A stretch of DNA of 64,000 nucleotides from NCBI GenBank assembly GCA_020349945.1, contig CP070704.1, forward strand, positions 409,407 through 473,406, written 5' to 3'. The notes under the pieces were generated by a model. The model saw only the letters and a list, made by a program, of their open reading frames with translations. It was not told where the DNA came from and searched no databases. The stretch comes from Deltaproteobacteria bacterium (GTDB lineage: Bacteria > Desulfobacterota > DSM-4660 > Desulfatiglandales > B25-G16). The translations under genes and the position numbers were made by a program. Within the stretch, counting starts at the first letter, position 1. Every line of letters begins with the position of its first letter. Positions 9,466-18,357 of the stretch are shown in pieces.

Positions 9466-9904
9466 TGCCCTAATAACCGGTATGTTTCCCGGTTCCTTTT
9501 CGATATCATTCTCCTTTCTTGTAATGAAATTAAGGTTATTGCGAATCTCCCTTCCCTGATTCGGATCCTACCTGATGAGAGTCAATTGAGCAGCCTTTTT
9601 ATACAACTATGATATATAAATCACTGTTCATGTGAAAAAATGTTTCCCCCAGTGGCAAAGGGTAAAGATCTGTAAAAGTCCGTGTTGATAAATTCTTAGG
9701 TTATATACGAGTACTCTTTAGACCAAACAGCCCTCCTGAGGTTCATACATGAGGTCATAACAGCATTACTTAAGGGTTATCGAGCCAGGTTCGAATTTCA
9801 CGGACATAGAATAGCCATTCAAGACTCAAAAATCCACGGAAAACATAAGAGAGGCTTTTTACAGGGGGATTCTGATAGACCAATGCAGCAGGGAACCTTC
9901 TAAA

Positions 9905-9960
9905 ATTTAAAATATATTAGACTACGGGGAAGTTTTTCTGCATAGTAATTGTTCGGCGTA
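9905..9960 (+). repeat. M3 copy
   Basis: CTACGGGGAA-GTTT-TTCTGCATAG (9922-9945), then TAATTGTTCGGC. Ends 8 nt before the ATG at 9966. Confidence 0.7.
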
Positions 9961-9965
9961 AGACG

Positions 9966-10469
9966 ATGATCGAGATTCGGGAGGAACAGCCAGAGGATAG
10001 AGAGGCAATCCGCGAAGTAAACATACGGGCCTTCGCTCAAAGCCATGAGGCCGACATCGTGGACGACCTGCGTCGGAACTGCAATGATCTGCTGTCCCTG
10101 GTGGCTACGATGCAGGACCAGGTTATTGGCCATATTCTTTTCAGTCCCGTCAGTATTGAGAGCGAAGCCAGGACGATCCAGGGGATGGCCCTAGCGCCAA
10201 TGGCAGTGCTGCCAGAGTTTCAGCAACGAGGGGTTGGCTCCGAGCTGGTCCGAACAGGGATCGCAGAGCTGAAGAGAAGGCTCTGTCCGTTTGTGATCGT
10301 CCTGGGCCATGCGGGATACTACCCTCGATTTGGCTTTGAACCTGCAGGCGTCTACGGAATCCGAAGCGAGTGGGAAGTGCCGGACGATGCATTCATGTTG
10401 CTTGTGCTGAACGAGTCAGAAATGCGCGGTATCTCTGGAGTGGCGAGGTATCGACCGGAATTCGCTTAA
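9966..10469 (+). CDS. GNAT family N-acetyltransferase (YhbS/COG3153-like)
   Basis: MIEIREEQPEDREAIREV..., LPEFQQRGVGSELV, VLGHAGYYPRFGF. Confidence 0.8.
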   Translation: MIEIREEQPEDREAIREVNIRAFAQSHEADIVDDLRRNCNDLLSLVATMQDQVIGHILFSPVSIESEARTIQGMALAPMAVLPEFQQRGVGSELVRTGIAELKRRLCPFVIVLGHAGYYPRFGFEPAGVYGIRSEWEVPDDAFMLLVLNESEMRGISGVARYRPEFA

Positions 10470-10539
10470 GAAAATGCTCATAAGCGCATTCACTACAGTG
10501 ACCATTAATGGGGAATCAAGGAAAAAGGAGGCTTTTCGT

Positions 10540-10932
10540 ATGGTGAAAACGTCTTTAGTCCATAGGATGGGGAATCTTGCTGTTCTGCTTCTGGCTTTTA
10601 GCTCTTTTATGGCGGGCCTGATGCAACCTTATCCTTTGCAGGCTCAAGAGGAGCGTCCGCAGGGGACCGTTGTCGGAAGAGTGAGAGCTCAAGCCGGGTA
10701 TGTTAAGGGGGCGAAGATTTATCAGCTTGATGCCGGTTCGGTATGGAAGCATGTGGCAACCACCGCCGGCTTACTGACCAAAAAGGGTCGGTATCGATTC
10801 ACCACAGATGCGGGAACCCATGATTTCAAGGCCCAGTGGGGTGGGAGAGAACAGATAATAAGGAATGTCAGGGTTGACCCAGATCCAAAGATCACGGAAC
10901 TTGACTTTGTGATCCCGCCCAGGGGCGATTGA
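10540..10932 (+). CDS. secreted hypothetical protein
   Basis: Start moved to the ATG at 10540 (AAAGGAGG RBS). Signal peptide LAVLLLAFSSFMAGL. Confidence 0.5.
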   Translation: MVKTSLVHRMGNLAVLLLAFSSFMAGLMQPYPLQAQEERPQGTVVGRVRAQAGYVKGAKIYQLDAGSVWKHVATTAGLLTKKGRYRFTTDAGTHDFKAQWGGREQIIRNVRVDPDPKITELDFVIPPRGD

Positions 10933-10950
10933 AATCAGAAAAAAGAATCC

Positions 10951-11000
10951 GGGGTGAGGCCCTCCAGAAACACGGCGGGCAGGCCCTCGAATCGTGGATT
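10951..11000 (+). repeat. R2 repeat copy a (5' part)
   Basis: GGGGTGAGGCCCTCCAGAAACACGGCGGGCAGGCCCTCGAATCGTGGATT. Confidence 0.7.
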
Positions 11001-11004
11001 AAAA

Positions 11005-11028
11005 GGGCTCAGATCTTTTTTTACATAG
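11005..11028 (+). repeat. M1 repeat copy l (degenerate)
   Basis: GGGCTCAGATCTTTTTTTACATAG, directly after repeat R2a. Confidence 0.5.
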
Positions 11029-11194
11029 AACTTTTGTTGAGGGGTTACCCATCAATGGTGCTGAGGGGATAGATAAGGGATCAGCGCCTCAAATTGGACT
11101 AAATGATTACTAAATCGTAAACAGTTTTGACAGGTCAACTAATCACAAACGGAGGGAGGAACACCGTAATGACTAAATAAAAAAGGAGGTAGGC

Positions 11195-11569
11195 GTGGCA
11201 CGAGAGATTAAAGAGGACCAAAAGTATAAAGACAGGTTGCTGAAGTTAATTCCGAGCGAGATTGTGGCTGCGTATTTGGTACTATCAGGGATAATTCCGG
11301 AGGGTAGTGCCAGGTGGGGGACACCTATCGTATCGATTGTCCTGCTGGTTCTCGTTCCCTTTTATCTCTGGAGAATGCTTGATGTTCGGCGAACCTCACA
11401 GCTCATAATCACAATGATCTCCTTTGTTGTATGGGTTTATTCGCTCGGAGGAGGTCCTTTCGAGGCCTGGGAATTGTATCAGCCGTGGATCGCTTCTGTC
11501 ATTTTGGTGTTATGGACACTGGTGATTCCGCTCGTGGTCAACCCAAAGCCACAGCCGGCCACATTGTAG
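11195..11569 (+). CDS. hypothetical membrane protein
   Basis: GTG start behind an AAGGAGG RBS. Three to four hydrophobic helices. Confidence 0.5.
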   Translation: MAREIKEDQKYKDRLLKLIPSEIVAAYLVLSGIIPEGSARWGTPIVSIVLLVLVPFYLWRMLDVRRTSQLIITMISFVVWVYSLGGGPFEAWELYQPWIASVILVLWTLVIPLVVNPKPQPATL

Positions 11570-11576
11570 TGGGCTT

Positions 11577-11604
11577 GGGGTCAGATCTTTTTTTTGACAA
11601 ATTT
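11577..11604 (+). repeat. M1 repeat copy d
   Basis: GGGGTCAGATCTTTTTTTTGACAAATTT. Starts 7 nt after the stop at 11569. Confidence 0.8.
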
Positions 11605-11719
11605 CATTCTGAATAAACCCTGTCAAGATGAATAACTGAGGGTGGTTGGCCTTGGGATTGGATAATGTTAAAGTTATAAATGGAATTCAATAAGTTAGGA
11701 TTCATCGTGTAAGTAATAA

Positions 11720-11907
11720 GTGAAGGATGAAGAGAGATACCCTGAATCCCCATGCCTGGTTTCTTAAAAAGAATTGGGAGTAAACAAGAGGGAAGGGCAT
11801 TGACAATTGCCCTGAAAACTGATGCTGGCTAAAACACAAGGGAATTCTGTAGAACATAAAATAAATCGGACTGTGCAGAATTTCTTCTGCATAGTAATTA
11901 TTAGGTC
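11720..11907 (+). repeat. sORF remnant + M2 + M3 (most complete composite, continuing from M1 copy d)
   Basis: GTGAAGGATGAAGAGAGATACCCTGAATCCCCATGCCTGGTTTCTTAAAAAGAATTGGGAGTAA. Hairpin CTGTGCAGAA-TTTC-TTCTGCATAG at 11871-11894. Ends ATTAGGTC. Confidence 0.8.
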
Positions 11908-11924
11908 TGTATAAGGAGAACTCT

Positions 11925-12272
11925 ATGGAGCTGAACGCTATTATGGGTCATATCCTCGATGCTATTCCATATCCAGTCGTCTTCGTAGACACGGAGCACG
12001 TTATTCGGTACCTGAACAAACGAGCTCGGTACCATTACCACCAGGAACGCGGATACCGGGATTTGATTGGGAAGAGCGTGTTCGATTGCCATTGTCCGGA
12101 ATCAAGGAAAATGATAGAAGAAGCGGTCGAAGGATTGAGGAACCACGGACAGGAGATCTTTCTGAAGGTCAACGCCCGAAACGAGAGGGTTTACATCACG
12201 CCCGTGCGTGATGGGGACGGGAACCTGGTGGGCTACTTCGAACGGTTTGAGAAGAACTTCACCAAGACCTAA
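11925..12272 (+). CDS. PAS domain protein
   Basis: 115 aa, AAGGAG RBS. ILDAIPYPVVFVDTEHVIRYLN ... GNLVGYFERF matches the PAS fold pattern. Confidence 0.65.
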   Translation: MELNAIMGHILDAIPYPVVFVDTEHVIRYLNKRARYHYHQERGYRDLIGKSVFDCHCPESRKMIEEAVEGLRNHGQEIFLKVNARNERVYITPVRDGDGNLVGYFERFEKNFTKT

Positions 12273-12364
12273 AGGGGAGGCTGAAGAGGGTGCAATATGA
12301 TTATGAAAGCAGGAGAGCGAGTAGGGAAATGAGAAGATCAGTGTCTGAGAAGGAGGCGAGTGTT

Positions 12365-12958
12365 ATGGGACGTTTGGTGAAACTAGTAGGCGCTGTAGGG
12401 GTTTGCTTACTCTGCTCCACTCCGGGCCTGAGCCACAGTCAGAATCCTCAGGATCTGCTAGACCAGCTTGGTCAGTCCGTCCAGGAGATAAAGACAATTG
12501 ATGCCCAGATGCAAGCCAACCTAGAGCTCAAACAGCAGCATGAAAAGGAGTATGAGAGATTGCAGGAGGACGGAGAGCAGTATGAGCAGTATGGGGAAGA
12601 GTACGATTCTGGGAAGGCCCATTTTGAAAGTGCCTGTGGTGGACCATTACCAGAAGCACAATACGACCCCTGCAATCAAGAGAAGGCTGAACTTGACGCT
12701 ATGTGGGAGGAATTGGATCAGTGGAGAAGCCGTCGCATTTCCTGGAAAGAAGACCTTGACAGGGCGGAGCGTGAACGTGTTGGGGAAGCCAAACGACTGG
12801 GCGCCAGGCGCAAATCTTTAGTGGAGCAGGCAAACCGCATATTGGCGGAGCTGCAAAGGCTGAGGCAGTTCAGGAGGGCAAACCAGGAATGTGCTGGTCT
12901 GCAATCATTGGAGGAAATCCATCATTGTATGCGGCGACTATGGGAAGGTACCCGCTAG
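12365..12958 (+). CDS. secreted coiled-coil protein
   Basis: Start moved to the ATG at 12365 (GAAGGAGG RBS). Signal peptide, then E/Q/K-rich heptad-like sequence. Confidence 0.5.
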   Translation: MGRLVKLVGAVGVCLLCSTPGLSHSQNPQDLLDQLGQSVQEIKTIDAQMQANLELKQQHEKEYERLQEDGEQYEQYGEEYDSGKAHFESACGGPLPEAQYDPCNQEKAELDAMWEELDQWRSRRISWKEDLDRAERERVGEAKRLGARRKSLVEQANRILAELQRLRQFRRANQECAGLQSLEEIHHCMRRLWEGTR

Positions 12959-12998
12959 ATTGTTACCGAATCCCAATGGAAACAAGGAATGCCTGCCT

Positions 12999-13026
12999 GG
13001 GCCCAAATCCTTATTCTTGACAAATC
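12999..13026 (+). repeat. M1 repeat copy e
   Basis: GGGCCCAAATCCTTATTCTTGACAAATC. Starts 40 nt after the stop at 12958. Followed by R2b. Confidence 0.75.
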
Positions 13027-13046
13027 GTGTTCTGAAGCCAATTGAA

Positions 13047-13123
13047 GGGTCAGGCCCTCCAGAAACACGGCGGGCAAGCCTTGTATCGTGAATTTTCCCT
13101 CATGTAAGTGATGCGGCCATGAG
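13047..13123 (+). repeat. R2 repeat copy b (longest)
   Basis: GGGTCAGGCCCTCCAGAAACACGGCGGGCAAGCCTTGTATCGTGAATTTTCCCTCATGTAAGTGATGCGGCCATGAG. Confidence 0.8.
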
Positions 13124-13461
13124 ATCACCCGATCTTTGTCCCTGGTGAACTACCTCCTGGCCGAAGAACTCACTCCAAACCCCGGTCTACTAACTGACTG
13201 CCTGAAAGTTTGTTGGTATGCTTTCTTATTATCAACTTGACTCATGTGGACAATTCGTGCATGGTTGTATGCCCTTATGGGTTGGCGGCGCTCCCTGATT
13301 CTCTTCATATGGGTGATAGACCTGCTCCCCTTGGCGAAGAAAGTGAAATCAGGCGGGGTTTTCCTGGGGGACAGGAGATAGAAAAGGTATTATTTGAACT
13401 CTATGGGAAAGGGAAAAGGATGTTACTTTTTTGGCATGATGACCTGAGGTTAAGGAGACTG

Positions 13462-14265
13462 ATGATGAAGGGTATTAAAACAGGTTTGGCCCTTCTGATT
13501 GTTGCTCATTCCATGGCTTCAGGATTACCATGTTATGCGCAGCCTAATATCCCGGAGGACAATATGCCCTCTAATATCCCTGCCACTATCAGGGAGAAGA
13601 TTGAGGGGCTCTATTCAGTTGACCCGGTAAAGCGGGCTGAGGCAGCAGCAGATCTGGGAGTAATGGGTCACAGGGCAGCCCCTGCTATACCATTTCTGAT
13701 AGGAATGTTCGGCGACGAGATTTTGTTAGTCGAAGATCCGACCGGCTCTTTTAGATACGCTCGTTACCCTGTGGACAGTGCGAATACCTGCCCTGCGTCT
13801 CAAGCAGCAAAGGCGCTCCGCAAGATTGGCAAACCGGCTGTAGAGCCTTTGATTGCCTCCCTGAGGAGTGAGAATTGGATTTTCCGAGCGCACGCGTCAG
13901 CGACACTTGGGGGAATGGAGGATCCCCGTGTAGTGGAGCCACTGATCCTCACACTAGCCGATGAGAATAGGATTGTCCGGATAAATGCGGCAATAGCACT
14001 GGGGCGGATAAGGGCTTTACGCTCAGTGGACCCCCTGATTGCCGCGCTGGGGGATAAGGATTGGCTTGTGCGGAGGTATGTAGCACGCTCACTGGGGGAA
14101 CTTGGAGATACAAGGGCCGTAAAACCGCTCATTGATGCACTGAGTGATAAGGGATTTCGCGCAGCAGATGATGCCGCGGAGGCACTGCACAAGATAACGG
14201 GCCAGGAATTTGGTCTGGAGCCCGAAAAATGGCAGAGGTGGTGGGAGAAAAACAGGGAAGAATGA
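13462..14265 (+). CDS. HEAT-repeat (PBS-lyase-type) protein, secreted
   Basis: Start at 13462 (AAGGAG RBS). Repeated D.RVR..AA.ALG.IGD..AV.PLI.AL units. Confidence 0.75.
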   Translation: MMKGIKTGLALLIVAHSMASGLPCYAQPNIPEDNMPSNIPATIREKIEGLYSVDPVKRAEAAADLGVMGHRAAPAIPFLIGMFGDEILLVEDPTGSFRYARYPVDSANTCPASQAAKALRKIGKPAVEPLIASLRSENWIFRAHASATLGGMEDPRVVEPLILTLADENRIVRINAAIALGRIRALRSVDPLIAALGDKDWLVRRYVARSLGELGDTRAVKPLIDALSDKGFRAADDAAEALHKITGQEFGLEPEKWQRWWEKNREE

Positions 14266-14327
14266 GGATTTATGAAAACGCGTCAAGTGTGCTTTTGGCT
14301 CATAGGTGCAGGGAAATCAGAAGGGTT

Positions 14328-14603
14328 TTATCTGTCGACAAACTCGACCTTCTTTATGCCTTCATAACGAAGAAATTCCTCCAGAAGTTCGTCCATTATC
14401 TTCCTCTGTTCAAGCCATGCAATCGGTGCACAGCCTGGACAAGAGGGTGTTCTTCTTCTAAAATCCACATTGATAAGGAGTTTTTGCTCGCCTTCAATAT
14501 AATCAATCGACTTAATAAGGCCGAGATCTAATACAGACATCTCCGTTTCTATGTCCCTAATATTACCGAGAATCCGTATAATATCTTCCTTTTCCGGTAC
14601 CAT
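14328..14603 (-). CDS. DUF59/MIP18-family Fe-S assembly-type protein
   Basis: 91 aa, GGAGGG RBS. DIETEMSVLDLGLI and CPGC motifs. Confidence 0.7.
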   Translation of the reverse strand: MVPEKEDIIRILGNIRDIETEMSVLDLGLIKSIDYIEGEQKLLINVDFRRRTPSCPGCAPIAWLEQRKIMDELLEEFLRYEGIKKVEFVDR

Positions 14604-14720
14604 AAACCCTCCTCTGTTCTTTATGTGTAGGGAAATCGCAAGAAGCCTTTTTTTAACGAAGAAATGTAGGAGTGGTTAGGCTTGTGTGTCAAGCAAAAAC
14701 CTGCCGCGACATAGGGAGCA

Positions 14721-14752
14721 GGGGCCGAAACCTTTATTTTCGACAAATTCAG
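14721..14752 (+). repeat. M1 repeat copy f
   Basis: GGGGCCGAAACCTTTATTTTCGACAAATTCAG. Stem CGAAA/TTTCG, with G-C where copy a has A-T. Confidence 0.8.
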
Positions 14753-14763
14753 CCCGTTGCTTC

Positions 14764-14847
14764 CGGACCATGAATTGTTGAAACTCCGTAAAAAAGATAA
14801 AACCATTGGACTACAGGGAAATTCTCCTGCATAGTGGTTGTTAGGCC
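14764..14847 (+). repeat. M3 copy with internal deletion
   Basis: CATGAATTGTTGAAACTCCGTAAAAAAGATAAAACC...CTACAGGGAA-ATTC-TCCTGCATAG, then TGGTTGTTAGGCC. Confidence 0.75.
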
Positions 14848-14891
14848 TAAAGCCTTCTCATTACTCAAATGATATGCTAGGCACATGAAAA

Positions 14892-15011
14892 ATGGATCAT
14901 TGCACGGACCTCAATAAAATGGATAGTATTTACAGAAATATCCCGTTGGATGAAATTCCATGGAATGTGGAGGTGCCGCCGAAGGCATGTGCTGTTATTT
15001 TTTTCCGTTGA
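14892..15011 (+). pseudogene. N-terminal fragment of a class I SAM-dependent methyltransferase
   Basis: 39-codon ORF. MDSIYRNIPLDEIPWNVEVPP resembles the usual N-terminus of this family; the sequence then diverges and stops. It lies directly behind an M3 repeat. Confidence 0.35.
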
Positions 15012-15051
15012 GAGCGTGTTTAGAATAGTAAAATAGGAAGGAGATCTTAGC

Positions 15052-15939
15052 ATGCCGCTCATTCGAACTCCCGAGGATCGATTTGCCAATATTCCTGACT
15101 TTCCCTTCGAGCCTCATTATGTCGAGATTAACGGAGCGCGCATTCATTATTTAAATGAGGGATCTGGCAAGGTTATTCTCTGCGTCCATGGAGAACCGAG
15201 CTGGAGCTTTCTGTACAGAAAGATGATACCCATTCTCTCACAAAAGCACAGGGCAATAGCATTAGACTTCATCGGCTTCGGCCGATCAGATAAGTTTAGC
15301 AAGCGGAGGGAATACACCTTCAAGATGCACCGCGATACCCTGCTCAGGTTTATAGAAAAGCTCAATCTCGACAAGATCAACATCGTGGTCCAGGATTGGG
15401 GTGGTCTGATCGGCTTAAGGGTGGTCAGCATGATACCCGAACGCTTTGCTCGACTTATCATCATGAATACCGCTCTGCCCACTGGCGAAGAAAAGCTGAG
15501 TAGGGCTTTCCGCGTATGGCGATTTTTCGTGAAGGTGGTACCCAGCCTTCCTATTGGCAGAATTTTGAGGTTGGGTACGGTGCAACCCATGTCGCCTGAA
15601 GTTGTTTCCGCCTATAATGCTCCATTCCCGAGCAGAAAATACAAACAAGGCGCTAGGGCCTGGCCGCTGATGGTCCCCGTCAAGCCGATGTTCAAGGCAG
15701 CACCAGAAATGAAAAAGGCAAGGGAAGTGCTATCGGAGTGGAATAAGCCGACACTCGTGATGTTTTCTGACCGTGATCCAATCACCAGGGGTGGAGACCG
15801 GTTCTTCAGAGAGCTTATCCCTACCGCGAAAGATCAACCAGAAATAGTTATAAAAGGTGCAGGTCATTTCCTTCAAGAGGATAAGGGTGAGGAAATAGCT
15901 CAGCATATTCTGGATTTTATCGAGCGAACACTGTTATGA
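15052..15939 (+). CDS. haloalkane dehalogenase (alpha/beta hydrolase)
   Basis: [56 protein letters not shown]. Confidence 0.85.
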   Translation: MPLIRTPEDRFANIPDFPFEPHYVEINGARIHYLNEGSGKVILCVHGEPSWSFLYRKMIPILSQKHRAIALDFIGFGRSDKFSKRREYTFKMHRDTLLRFIEKLNLDKINIVVQDWGGLIGLRVVSMIPERFARLIIMNTALPTGEEKLSRAFRVWRFFVKVVPSLPIGRILRLGTVQPMSPEVVSAYNAPFPSRKYKQGARAWPLMVPVKPMFKAAPEMKKAREVLSEWNKPTLVMFSDRDPITRGGDRFFRELIPTAKDQPEIVIKGAGHFLQEDKGEEIAQHILDFIERTLL

Positions 15940-15959
15940 GGTATCTTAGATTAAGGACA

Positions 15960-15986
15960 GGGGGTCAAATTAAGAATTTTTGCAAC
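15960..15986 (+). repeat. M1 repeat copy g (degenerate 3' half)
   Basis: GGGGGTCAAATTAAGAATTTTTGCAAC. Starts 20 nt after the stop at 15939. Confidence 0.6.
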
Positions 15987-16038
15987 ACCAATGAAGGTAT
16001 TTTCCAGTAAGGAGAGAATTCTCTCTATCCGCATATAA

Positions 16039-16072
16039 GAAAAAAGGCGGCACCATGAAGGGGTGCCGCCTT
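16039..16072 (-). terminator. rho-independent terminator of csp
   Basis: Minus strand reads GGCGGCACC-CCTTCAT-GGTGCCGCC followed by TTTTTT. Confidence 0.85.
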
Positions 16073-16087
16073 CGAGAGCTTACTTGG

Positions 16088-16288
16088 TTATAGTATCTCT
16101 ACGTTTTTGGCCTTGGGGCCTTTTGGGCTTGTCTCGATCTCAAATCGGACTCTTTGGCCGTCATGCAGGCTTTTGAATCCGGACCCATCGATGCTAGTGT
16201 GATGGACGAAAACATCCTGACCATCATCCTGCTCAATAAAACCATAGCCCTTTTTGTCGCTGAACCACTTCACGGTTCCTTCTGCCAT
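16088..16288 (-). CDS. cspA: cold-shock protein CspA family
   Basis: [15 protein letters not shown] / [11 protein letters not shown] motifs, 66 aa. Confidence 0.95.
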   Translation of the reverse strand: MAEGTVKWFSDKKGYGFIEQDDGQDVFVHHTSIDGSGFKSLHDGQRVRFEIETSPKGPKAKNVEIL

Positions 16289-16433
16289 AGCACTTTCCTC
16301 CTTTCAAAAAATTTTCTGCGCAGTCAGGACTAACCCCTTGGCAAAAAAAAGACTATTAAAATCAATGGTGCAGCTTTAATAGTCTCGATAATTTCTTTTC
16401 CCCAAAAACTGCCAATCCAAACTTTGCAGTTGT

Positions 16434-16462
16434 ATTATAAATACGCTCTGCGAGATTGTCAA
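16434..16462 (-). promoter_or_regulatory. consensus sigma70 promoter of the csp gene
   Basis: Minus strand reads TTGACA-N17-TATAAT. It leaves a ~140-nt 5'UTR containing a 10-bp hairpin (GACTATTAAA...TTTAATAGTC, about 16351-16387). Confidence 0.7.
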
Positions 16463-16927
16463 GCTTATTGTGTAGAAGGGTGTTTTCGTCACAAATTTAG
16501 GGCCTTTAGAAGATCGAGACTTCAGGTTTCCGTCAAGGTTCCCTATCCGGATTAACAGCACAGGTTGATTCGCGAGCTAAGGGGAGCTTACTGTCTAAAA
16601 CAATACATAGGCGTCTAAACTTAGACTGTATCATAACTTATTGAAGGAAAAGGATGATATTGCATCCACCCGAGTTCGTTACGTCTAATATCAGACAATC
16701 AAACCGCTCCATTCCTCGAGGACCTGGCATGAAATCAGGCAGGATCATTTTTTAAGGCCACCCAAGGGAAGCCCTTAAGTTACTTTTTTTGTTGTTATTT
16801 TGGGTTTTGGCCTGCCTGTCCTGACAGTAAACCTCGCCGTGTCTGGCATCAGACTTGCTCTATTAGAGATAAAAATGAGTTCCGCCTTTTGTCTCGCGAG
16901 AGGGGTGGAGAAAATAGGAGAAGGATT

Positions 16928-17503
16928 ATGAAAAGAACACTTGTCTGCCTCATAGGTGTATTCATCCCTTTCTTCCTCATCCATACTTATGCCTTTCCAG
17001 ACAATCCACTGCCTCAAAAAGGAAGCAGGCTGCCTGAGATAAAACTCGCTGTTCCCACCGCCCCAGCCCAGAGAGACTATCTCGGCCTCACCGGCGATGG
17101 CTTTTTCACCATAGCGGATATCAAGGCCAAGGTAGTGATCATTGAGATCTTTAGCATGTACTGCCCTCACTGCCAGAGGGAGGCCCCTTCTGTAAACCAA
17201 TTGTATCGCACCATAGAAAATAGCCCCGATGCCAAGGGCACGGTAAAGCTCCTGGGCATTGGTGCAGGTAATGATAGCTTTGAGGTGAACTATTTCAGCA
17301 AGACATACGAGGTGCCATTCCCCCTGTTTGAGGACAAGGACTATCTGATCCATGAGCAACTGGGAAAGCCGGCCACCCCCTTTTTTATGGGGGTAAGGAT
17401 CAATACTCAGGGGAGCCATGAGGTCTTTTACACCCACCTCGGAGGCTTTGAAGGAGCCGATCAATTCCTTGATGAAATCCTCAAGGGATCGGGATTGAAA
17501 TAA
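16928..17503 (+). CDS. secreted thioredoxin-like protein (TlpA/ResA family)
   Basis: Start at 16928. Signal peptide. CPHC active site in a thioredoxin-fold context. Confidence 0.7.
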   Translation: MKRTLVCLIGVFIPFFLIHTYAFPDNPLPQKGSRLPEIKLAVPTAPAQRDYLGLTGDGFFTIADIKAKVVIIEIFSMYCPHCQREAPSVNQLYRTIENSPDAKGTVKLLGIGAGNDSFEVNYFSKTYEVPFPLFEDKDYLIHEQLGKPATPFFMGVRINTQGSHEVFYTHLGGFEGADQFLDEILKGSGLK

Positions 17504-17514
17504 CAGGAGGGAAC

Positions 17515-18111
17515 ATGAAGAAGAATCGTTATCTTATCTTCCTGGTAGCGGTCATAGCGTTTTTTTCGATGAGGGCAATCGGTGTTTCCCAGGTACCCAG
17601 GCAGGATATCTATAACCCCGGGCTTTTAAAACCCACTGACAGCACCCTCAAGGTAAAGGTGGGCGATCCCCTGCCTGATTTCTCACTTCCAGCAGTTTCC
17701 GGAGGCCAGGTGAGCCTGAGCCAGTTTCTGGGCAACAGCAACATGGTCATCTCCTTTATTCCAGCTGCATGGACCCCTGTGTGCTCAGATCAGTGGCCCG
17801 GCTACAACATAGCAAAGGAGCTTTTTGACAGATACAATGCCGTGCTTCTCGGCATCTCAGTAGACAATATTCCCACCCTGTTTGCCTGGACAAATCACAT
17901 GGGTAAGTTGTGGTTTCCAGTGCTCTCTGATTTCTGGCCTCATGGGGCCTTTGCACAGAAGCTCGGCATCCTGCGGTCCAATGGAGTCAGTGAGCGGGCA
18001 GTCTTCATCGTGGATAAGAAGGGGATCATCCGCTACATTGACGTCCATGATATCAACAAGAGGCCCTCGCTCGGGGATATTGTCAGAGAGCTGGAAAAGT
18101 TAGAAAAATAG
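17515..18111 (+). CDS. secreted peroxiredoxin (redoxin/AhpC-TSA family)
   Basis: Signal peptide. FIPAAWTPVCSDQ peroxidatic Cys motif. Confidence 0.8.
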   Translation: MKKNRYLIFLVAVIAFFSMRAIGVSQVPRQDIYNPGLLKPTDSTLKVKVGDPLPDFSLPAVSGGQVSLSQFLGNSNMVISFIPAAWTPVCSDQWPGYNIAKELFDRYNAVLLGISVDNIPTLFAWTNHMGKLWFPVLSDFWPHGAFAQKLGILRSNGVSERAVFIVDKKGIIRYIDVHDINKRPSLGDIVRELEKLEK

Positions 18112-18357
18112 ACCTTACTGGAGCAGCTGGCAGCGGTAATCCGTACGCAGGTAGAGGCGATAGTCCGGTTCGGTAAAGAAAAATATCATGAGATCTGTGT
18201 GAAAAAGCAGGGTAGATGGCAGCCAGTTTTCTTACCAATCTTCACGGTCAAGCATAGAGCCAGCTAAAGCCCTTAGATTACCGGGGGCGGTAGCGAACCG
18301 AGCCCCTCATTTGACAAAAAATTTCTTCTGCCAAAACAAAGGAGAAAGGAGGGAGAA

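Noticed and set aside
16775-17464. Long antisense ORFs overlapping well-supported genes, for example 16775-17464(-), 21331-21870(-), 22319-22837(-), 44009-44524(-), 50831-51301(-), 52562-53044(-) and 57438-58130(-).
   Set aside because: Each lies opposite a gene with clear family motifs. They have low-complexity, Arg/Pro/Ser-rich translations typical of antisense frames and lack RBSs.
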